Shown here: piece by piece, positions 26,157 to 32,000 of the stretch | Numbering within the stretch: position 1 is the stretch's first letter | Layout of the letters: each line of letters begins with the position of its first letter | DNA from: Candidatus Bathyarchaeia archaeon | GTDB lineage: Archaea; Thermoproteota; Bathyarchaeia; Bathyarchaeales; Bathycorpusculaceae | Direction: 5' to 3' | Assembly (NCBI GenBank): GCA_041479575.1 | Contig: JBGOYH010000001.1 | Span: 16-32,015 of the forward strand | Length of the DNA stretch: 32,000 bases | The notes under the pieces: generated by a model | Told to the model about the DNA's origin: nothing | The model's input: only the letters and a program-made list of their open reading frames with translations | Database searches by the model: none | Position numbers and translations under genes: made by a program

Positions 26157-26960
26157 CTAAGACATGTACTTTCCGCCATCCACATCCAATGTTACACCAG
26201 TTAACCACGAAGATCTTTTGGAAACAAAGAACAGGACAGCATTCGCTACATCAATAGGCTTGCCTACCTCACCTAGAGGAATTAGTTTTCTCGCTTCTTC
26301 TATCTCCCTTTCTGTCAGTAGAAAGCCAATGGTTCGGGTACCATCGGAATCTGTACCCGAGATATCTCCTGGTGAAACACAATTCACCCTTATCTTATGC
26401 GGTGCAAGTTGTCTAGCTAGTGTTTTGGTTAGGTTGATTACTCCTGCTTTGGAGACACCATATGCAGGACCAGAACCGTACATGCCCATTCCAACTCTTC
26501 CAGCGCCAGATGAAATATTCACAATATTTCCGGATTTCTGTTTCTTCATGATGGGGACCACAGCCTTGGAGCAAAGAAACACGCTTTTAAGATTTACATT
26601 CATTATTCTATCCCAATGTTCTTCTGGGTAGTTCTCAATCAGTCTCTGCTCAGGAGTTGAGTAGCCCATGACTCTGAGACCGATTCCAACATTATTCACC
26701 AATATGTCTATCCTTCCAAACATCTCAGCCGTTGCTTTAACCATCTGGTTTACCTCGGTTGCTTGCGAACAATCAGTCTTAACCGCTAATGCTGTCTCCC
26801 CTTCTCCTCTCACTTGCTTAACTATTTCATCGGCTCTTTCTCGGTCAACATCGGCGATTATCACCGAGGCTCCTTCCCTTGCAAGAACCTTGACAATCGA
26901 TGTTCCTATTCCACTTGCGCCTCCAGTAACAATCGCTACCTGTTCACTCAGCTCTCCCAT
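26157..26960 (-). CDS. SDR family oxidoreductase (FabG-like)
   Basis: The translation has VAIVTGGASGIGTSI (TGxxxGxG), NNVGI, and the catalytic YGVSKAG (YxxxK). Confidence 0.9.
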   Translation of the reverse strand: MGELSEQVAIVTGGASGIGTSIVKVLAREGASVIIADVDRERADEIVKQVRGEGETALAVKTDCSQATEVNQMVKATAEMFGRIDILVNNVGIGLRVMGYSTPEQRLIENYPEEHWDRIMNVNLKSVFLCSKAVVPIMKKQKSGNIVNISSGAGRVGMGMYGSGPAYGVSKAGVINLTKTLARQLAPHKIRVNCVSPGDISGTDSDGTRTIGFLLTEREIEEARKLIPLGEVGKPIDVANAVLFFVSKRSSWLTGVTLDVDGGKYMS

Positions 26961-27040
26961 TCAAAATCCACCATTTCAGATGCCTATGACGATTGCAGTA
27001 ATCAGACAATCTGAAAAACTTCATGCAATTCAACCCTGCT

Positions 27041-28063
27041 TTAGCTTGTGTCTTCTGAAAATTCCGTATCGATGTTACATCGGAAACAAGCCACAAAATG
27101 ATTCTTTTCATCTTCGAGCTCCATAAGAGAAGGGTTACATTCCACACACTTACCTCGCTCCTGTGCCTGATATCTGCATCTCGGATAGAACCTGCAACCA
27201 TTAATTTGACTCCCATCTAGATGGTATGTTTCCGCATCACCAGAAATGGTATCGCGTATCCTTCTCTTGAATGGGTTCGGTATTGGAATAGAGGAGAACA
27301 GAAGCTCTGTGTAAGGATGCCTTGGGTTTTTGAACAAGGTTTTAGTAGGAGCCAACTCGACAATTCTGCCTAAATACATCACTGCAATCCTGCTACAGAA
27401 ATACTTCACGGTACTAAGATCGTGTGATATGTAGACATATGTTAGCTTGAAATCGTTTTGAAGATCTTTGAGCAAGGTGAGTATTTGCGCTCGAATAGAA
27501 AGATCCAGAGAAGAAACTGGTTCATCCAAGAAAATCAATTTTGGCTTCAGGGCCAATGCTCTTGCTATGTTTACTCTCTGTTTTTCTCCTCCGGAAAGTT
27601 CATGCGGATATTTATCAAGGTGATACTCAGCAAGTCCTACTTTTTCAACAAGACCGGTAACTTCCTCTTCTCCATTCAGGTTGAGATAATCATAGGCCCT
27701 AAAAGGTTCCAAAAGTATATCACGAACGCTCCTTCGGGGATTGAGTGAGGATTGAGGGTCCTGAAAGACTATTTGCATATTTCGTCTGGCTTTTCTCATT
27801 TCGTTCTTAGACAAACTGAAAATGTTGTTCCCTTCGAAGTAGACTTCTCCATCGGTTGGTGGAATTAGTCCGAGGCTTACTAAAGCGAGCGTGGTCTTGC
27901 CGCAACCACTTTCTCCGACTATTCCTAGAGTTTCTCCAGATTCAATCTCCAGATCTACGTCATCAATAGCAGGTATCACTTTTTTTTTCTTTGACAGTAA
28001 CTTTTTGATAAAATAGTACTTCTTGAGGTTTACGCATCTGTATATTGGATTATTGTTGTCCAT
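27041..28063 (-). CDS. ABC transporter ATP-binding protein (OppF/DppF-like)
   Basis: It has Walker A GESGCGKTT, the signature LSGGEKQR, Walker B LIFLDEP, and the Cys-rich Opp C-terminal domain. The ATG at 28063 overlaps the upstream stop by 14 nt; the maximal ORF starts at 28099. Confidence 0.9.
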   Translation of the reverse strand: MDNNNPIYRCVNLKKYYFIKKLLSKKKKVIPAIDDVDLEIESGETLGIVGESGCGKTTLALVSLGLIPPTDGEVYFEGNNIFSLSKNEMRKARRNMQIVFQDPQSSLNPRRSVRDILLEPFRAYDYLNLNGEEEVTGLVEKVGLAEYHLDKYPHELSGGEKQRVNIARALALKPKLIFLDEPVSSLDLSIRAQILTLLKDLQNDFKLTYVYISHDLSTVKYFCSRIAVMYLGRIVELAPTKTLFKNPRHPYTELLFSSIPIPNPFKRRIRDTISGDAETYHLDGSQINGCRFYPRCRYQAQERGKCVECNPSLMELEDEKNHFVACFRCNIDTEFSEDTS

Positions 28064-29054
28064 GCATAATTGCGTCCTTGAACATTTGACAGGCGACAAG
28101 ATGGCCTTTGTCCACCTCTCTAAGATCTGGCATACATGCCTTGCAGGATTCCCTAGCGTACTTGCACCTTGGATGAAAACGACAACCTGGAGGAGGATTA
28201 ATTAGGTCGGGCACTCTTCCAGGAATAGTTTCGAGTTTTACTATATCCATATCTATCCGAGGAATTGAGTTTAGTAACGCTTGTGTATAAGGGTGAAGAG
28301 GGTTCTTGAATATTTCGCGGATATCTCCGTACTCCATAACCCTTCCTGAGTACATAACAGCGATCCTGTTGCAAGTCTCGGCTATTACCCCTAGATCGTG
28401 TGATATCATGATTAGCGACGCGCCTGTTTTTTCAATGAGATCTTCAATCAACATTAATACTTGTGCTTGGGTTGTGACATCTAAACTTGTCGTCGGTTCG
28501 TCAGCAATTATGATCCTGGGTTGACGTGAAATGGCGATGGCTATCATAATTCGTTGTCTCATACCCCCGCTGAATTGATGAGGATACCTCCCCAGTTTTT
28601 CTGAGGCGTCCGAGATTCCCACGTTCTCTAGCACTTCAATGACTCTCTCATTGACTTCTGATTTGCTTATTTTTCCGAATCTCTCTTGTATGCCTTCGCC
28701 TATCTGTTTGCGTACGTTCAATACTGGATTGAGAGAAACCATTGGATCTTGAAAAATCATCGCAATGTCAGTGCATCTTAGCTTTCGCATTTCATCTTCT
28801 TTGAGCTTGAGGATGTTTTTGTCTTCAAGGAGTATTTCTCCAGCCACAATATGGCCTGGTGGTTGAGGAATAAGCCTCAATATTGACAAGGCAGTCACGC
28901 TTTTTCCTGAACCCGATTCTCCAACAATTCCTAGTTTATCATTTTTCTCTAGCGCAAGATCTACGCCATCTGCGGCTTTTATTACTCCTTTCTGGGTGTA
29001 AAAATACGTTTTAAGCCCTTTAATGCGTAGTATTGGTCTAGCTTCTGTGACCAT
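28050..29054 (-). CDS. ABC transporter ATP-binding protein (OppD/DppD-like)
   Basis: It has Walker A GESGSGKSV, the signature FSGGMRQR, Walker B IIIADEP, and the C-terminal motif CRFHPRCKYARESC. Confidence 0.9.
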   Translation of the reverse strand: MVTEARPILRIKGLKTYFYTQKGVIKAADGVDLALEKNDKLGIVGESGSGKSVTALSILRLIPQPPGHIVAGEILLEDKNILKLKEDEMRKLRCTDIAMIFQDPMVSLNPVLNVRKQIGEGIQERFGKISKSEVNERVIEVLENVGISDASEKLGRYPHQFSGGMRQRIMIAIAISRQPRIIIADEPTTSLDVTTQAQVLMLIEDLIEKTGASLIMISHDLGVIAETCNRIAVMYSGRVMEYGDIREIFKNPLHPYTQALLNSIPRIDMDIVKLETIPGRVPDLINPPPGCRFHPRCKYARESCKACMPDLREVDKGHLVACQMFKDAIMHGQQ

Positions 29055-29906
29055 TTAGGTTCCTCTTAGACGCGGATCCAACGCGTCTCTTAATCCATCA
29101 CCAATGAGGTTAAATGCCAGTACGGTTACGAAAATCATTAAACCTGGAAAGACAGATAGCCACCATCCACTTCGCATCACAGACCGACCTGCATTGAGAG
29201 TGGCAGCCCAATCAATTGCTGCTGGGTTACCTATTCCTATGAATTGCAACGCCGATGACCAGATAATTGCATAACCTATATTCATTGTAAGGACAACAAT
29301 TATTGATCCCATGGCATTTGGGAGAATTTCCCTGAAGATTATTCTTGTGTCGCTGGTTCCTAGTGCTCTTGAAGCTTTAACGAAGTCTCTTTCCTTGAGG
29401 GAAAGGAATTCAGAACGGACAACCCGGCACATGGTAGGCCACATCAAGAGTGCCATCACTGAGAATACTATTGTTGGGTCATAACTTCTGAATGACGCGA
29501 AGATGAGGATATAAAAGAAAAAGCTAGGTATAACCATAGTGAAATCCGTTATTCTCATCATTAAATTATCCAATATTCCGCCTCTATATGCTGAGTACGC
29601 GCCGACCGCTACTCCGATCAAAGCCGCCAAGAGAGATGCGCCAAACCCAATGTACATGGTTTGTCTTCCACCCCAAATAATCCTACTGAGGACATCTCGA
29701 CCTAAAGTGTCTGTTCCTAAAGGGTGGTCTAAGCTTGGGGGCTGAAGATAGCTAAATCTCATATCACGAGGGTCGTAAGGAGCTAATAGAGGTGCAAGCA
29801 AACAAATGAATGTTATCACTATTATTATGAGTAGACCTATTGTTGCTGACCTATCTCGACGGAATCTACTGAAAAACTCAGCGAATCGTACCTTTGTCTT
29901 GCTCAA
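29055..29906 (-). CDS. ABC transporter permease (OppC/DppC-like)
   Basis: This 283 aa polytopic membrane protein shows the BPD_transp_1 pattern ...KASRALGTSDTRIIFREILPNA. Its stop abuts the OppD-like start as TAAATG. Confidence 0.9.
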   Translation of the reverse strand: MSKTKVRFAEFFSRFRRDRSATIGLLIIIVITFICLLAPLLAPYDPRDMRFSYLQPPSLDHPLGTDTLGRDVLSRIIWGGRQTMYIGFGASLLAALIGVAVGAYSAYRGGILDNLMMRITDFTMVIPSFFFYILIFASFRSYDPTIVFSVMALLMWPTMCRVVRSEFLSLKERDFVKASRALGTSDTRIIFREILPNAMGSIIVVLTMNIGYAIIWSSALQFIGIGNPAAIDWAATLNAGRSVMRSGWWLSVFPGLMIFVTVLAFNLIGDGLRDALDPRLRGT

Positions 29907-29919
29907 TGCCTTTGAACTC

Positions 29920-30900
29920 CTAATACCTTATCCTCGGGTCAAGATAAGAATAAACGAGATCTGTTATCAAAACTGCAAACACGATGACTGAAGACGTTAA
30001 CAGAAAGGCTCCCATCATCGTTGAATAATCTCTCTGAAAAGAGGCGTCAACTATTAGGCGACCCATACCCGGCCAAGAAAATACAGTTTCCACTGTTGCA
30101 GCACCGCCGAACATCGCTCCCATTTGCAGACCTATCACTGTTACTGAGGGCAGTAAGGCATTTCTAAAGGCGTGATTGTAGATTACAATTCTTTCTTTGA
30201 TACCTTTGGATCTTGCAGTTAGAATGTATTCTTGCCTTAAAACTTCTAGCATGGCTGATCTAACAATACGTGACAACAGACCAGCATAGTTCGTTGCCAG
30301 GACGAAGGCAGGTAAGGTTAGATGCCAAAGGAGGTCCATAACACTACCTGTCCCAAATAGGGATTGAGCTTCTGTATTCGCGTATGCTCCTCCTGAAGGA
30401 AACCAATTAAGGTACAGCGAGAAAATTATAATCGTAATCGCAGCCAGCCAGAACCAAGGCATCGAATAGAAAAAAACTCCAAACAATCTTGCTGCATAAT
30501 CTGTTTTGGAGAATTGCTTGACAGCTGAGACTACTCCTATTGGAACAGCTATCAATATTCCTAGAGCCAAACTGGTCCCTTGTAATTCCAAAGTCCACAT
30601 CGCTGCTCTTCCCACCACCCCTGATACTTCCGTTTGCCAAATGTAGGACCTGCCTAAATTACCTTGAAGAACTTGACTGAGCCACGCAAAATAGTGTATC
30701 ACAACTGGCTGGTCAAGACCATATTGATGTCTGAGCAATTGTAACGTCGCCTCGTCAAGATTTCCGGCTTGGACGCCATAGAAAGCTAGGATAGGATCAC
30801 CTGGGGCAGCTCTCATCAGAGCATACACTATCACGGATGCCATGAACAGTGTTACGCACGCCTGTATTGTTCTAAAAGCAATGTATTTTTTAAGTCCCAT
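29920..30900 (-). CDS. ABC transporter permease (OppB/DppB-like)
   Basis: The 326 aa protein begins MGLKKYIAFRTIQACVTLFMASVIVYALMRAAPGDP and has ...EYILTARSKGIKERIVIYNHAFRNALLP, the typical OppB/DppB pattern. Confidence 0.9.
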   Translation of the reverse strand: MGLKKYIAFRTIQACVTLFMASVIVYALMRAAPGDPILAFYGVQAGNLDEATLQLLRHQYGLDQPVVIHYFAWLSQVLQGNLGRSYIWQTEVSGVVGRAAMWTLELQGTSLALGILIAVPIGVVSAVKQFSKTDYAARLFGVFFYSMPWFWLAAITIIIFSLYLNWFPSGGAYANTEAQSLFGTGSVMDLLWHLTLPAFVLATNYAGLLSRIVRSAMLEVLRQEYILTARSKGIKERIVIYNHAFRNALLPSVTVIGLQMGAMFGGAATVETVFSWPGMGRLIVDASFQRDYSTMMGAFLLTSSVIVFAVLITDLVYSYLDPRIRY

Positions 30901-30938
30901 TCAGCGACGCAGCTTTTATTAACTAGATTTTGGTGCGC

Positions 30939-30946
30939 ATATAAAT
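30939..30946 (-). promoter_or_regulatory. TATA-like box upstream of the ABC permease operon
   Basis: The minus strand reads ATTTATAT, 39-46 nt upstream of the ATG at 30900. Confidence 0.4.
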
Positions 30947-31368
30947 CTTGCCAAACCGGGGTTCTAGTGCACGCTAAAGGCGTTAAGAGCACAACAATCA
31001 GCTTTATCATACAAACTATCCCCCAAACAGCATTTAATATTCCTTTTATCCTCTGTCTGTAGCATGTCCAACAAGTTAACAGTATCGTTTTAGCCTATGA
31101 CGGCATAGAACAAATCAGGTTGCATGACCCCAAGTCTCGATGAAAAAACCGCAAGTTAGAAGTAAAAACAGTAAAAACACAGAAGAATTTTGTGCCAACC
31201 AAAGAACAGTTTGAACAGTTATCTAACGTCTTGCTTAGCATTGTTGCGTTTAACGGAAAACTTGAACTGAGCATCAACCGAAAGTTGACATGAACCCAAA
31301 TCAACCGAGGACTTGACAGAACCCTAAATAGAAAGGGCATTGATGAAGAATGAAAAAATCGACAAGTC

Positions 31369-31377
31369 TTAAATATA
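31369..31377 (+). promoter_or_regulatory. TATA-like box upstream of the truncated substrate-binding protein gene
   Basis: TTAAATATA lies 54-62 nt upstream of the TTG at 31431, with a strong SD between them. Confidence 0.35.
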
Positions 31378-31430
31378 GGCGCTCTCAATATCGCTAAGTC
31401 GTGAACATTAAGGAGTAAGGAGGAAAAGTA

Positions 31431-32000
31431 TTGACAAAAGCACTAGTAGTAATGATTATAGTGACAACATTGCTGTTAAATGTCGCGGGCAGTATGATCT
31501 ACATGGTCAATGCACAGGACGTACAGGGGGCATTTTTCACCTTAAATCTGGATTGTGAACCACGAAGGGAACGCTTTGCAACGAATCTTGCACAAGCTCT
31601 CTCACAAATAGGCATTAATGTAGTAGTGCACGTAGGTGAGATGCAGTCTATTTACGCTCGTGTAAGAGCACCTGGATTGCTTTCGTACGATCAGGGAGGA
31701 TGGGATACGTATCTGGAAGGCTCGACTCCACCGATAATCGATCCTCATGCAACGCTTACATATCCGCAATCCTATGTCAGATCGCTAGACTGGACAGATC
31801 GTTCCTTCGAGGACGAGATTTATGCAGCTTCAATGGAGACAAATGATACTCTGAGAACACAGAAGTATTCTTCGATCCAGAGTCGGTGGCTAGATCTAAT
31901 GCCATACATACCGGTCTACTACGAACAATATGCGGTTATCTTCAATAAAGCAGTTCAGAACACTGAAGCGTGGAGGCGATATTACATTACAACAGTTGGT
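31431..32000 (+). CDS. Family-5 (Opp/Dpp-type) substrate-binding protein homolog, partial; consists of an N-terminal hydrophobic anchor plus the C-terminal lobe only
   Basis: Absent from the ORF track because it is open at the window end. I translated 190 codons by hand and found no stop: LTKALVVMIIVTTLLLNVAGSMIYMVNAQDVQGAFFTLNLDCEPRRERFATNLAQALSQIGINVVVHVGEMQSIYARV...GGWDTYLEGSTPPIIDPHATL...YIPVYYEQYAVIFNKAVQN... The start is TTG with AAGGAGTAAGGAGG 7-20 nt upstream. Confidence 0.7.
   Translation, partial: MTKALVVMIIVTTLLLNVAGSMIYMVNAQDVQGAFFTLNLDCEPRRERFATNLAQALSQIGINVVVHVGEMQSIYARVRAPGLLSYDQGGWDTYLEGSTPPIIDPHATLTYPQSYVRSLDWTDRSFEDEIYAASMETNDTLRTQKYSSIQSRWLDLMPYIPVYYEQYAVIFNKAVQNTEAWRRYYITTVG

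Noticed and set aside
31095-31388. A 97 aa minus-strand ORF in the 530-bp gap upstream of the substrate-binding protein gene.
   Set aside because: Its S/F/L-rich translation has no motif and it spans the TATA-like box of the divergent gene. It is probably non-coding. A 35-codon plus-strand GTG ORF in the same gap (VPTKEQFEQLSNVLLSIVAFNGKLELSINRKLT) is likewise unsupported.
1-32000. A search for CRISPR repeats, tandem repeats, defence-system genes (nucleases, helicases, methyltransferases), toxin-antitoxin pairs, prophage genes, rRNA and tRNA.
   Set aside because: I found none by eye in either strand or in any intergenic region. Apart from the IS110 element the window looks like ordinary metabolic chromosome. 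A computational repeat scan and tRNAscan or Infernal run would be needed to be certain.

Overview
This 32 kb window reads as chromosomal metabolic DNA, most likely from an uncultivated archaeon. The taxonomic call is inference from three things: AT-rich TATA-like boxes 33-46 nt upstream of many start codons, GGAGG/GGTGA Shine-Dalgarno motifs, and gene content (IorAB, iron-sulfur flavoprotein, AlaX-M, split GcvP, F420-type LLM). I support about 30 protein genes and found no rRNA, tRNA or CRISPR array. The theme is peptide and amino-acid scavenging. One cluster holds a proline racemase/epimerase, an OCD/mu-crystallin enzyme, a DAO-type FAD oxidoreductase and an EamA exporter. A second unit is gcvPA-gcvPB coupled to a COG3199 ATP-NAD-kinase-like gene. 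Further genes include iorAB, two paralogous MFS transporters, panB, M24- and M29-fold proteins, and an Opp/Dpp-type ABC operon extended by SDR and RraA-like genes. The only mobile element is one IS110-family insertion sequence, which appears to have cut off the 3' end of the FAD oxidoreductase. I did not find a recognisable defence, toxin-antitoxin or other obviously new multi-gene system. The items most worth a second look are: the IS110 element and its non-coding ends (possible bridge RNA); the gcvP-COG3199 coupling; an M24-fold protein with 4 of 5 metal ligands replaced; an AlaX with Asp in place of the zinc-binding Cys; and a substrate-binding protein that seems to consist only of a signal anchor plus the C-terminal lobe. 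All functional calls rest on my reading of motifs in the translations. No database search was run.
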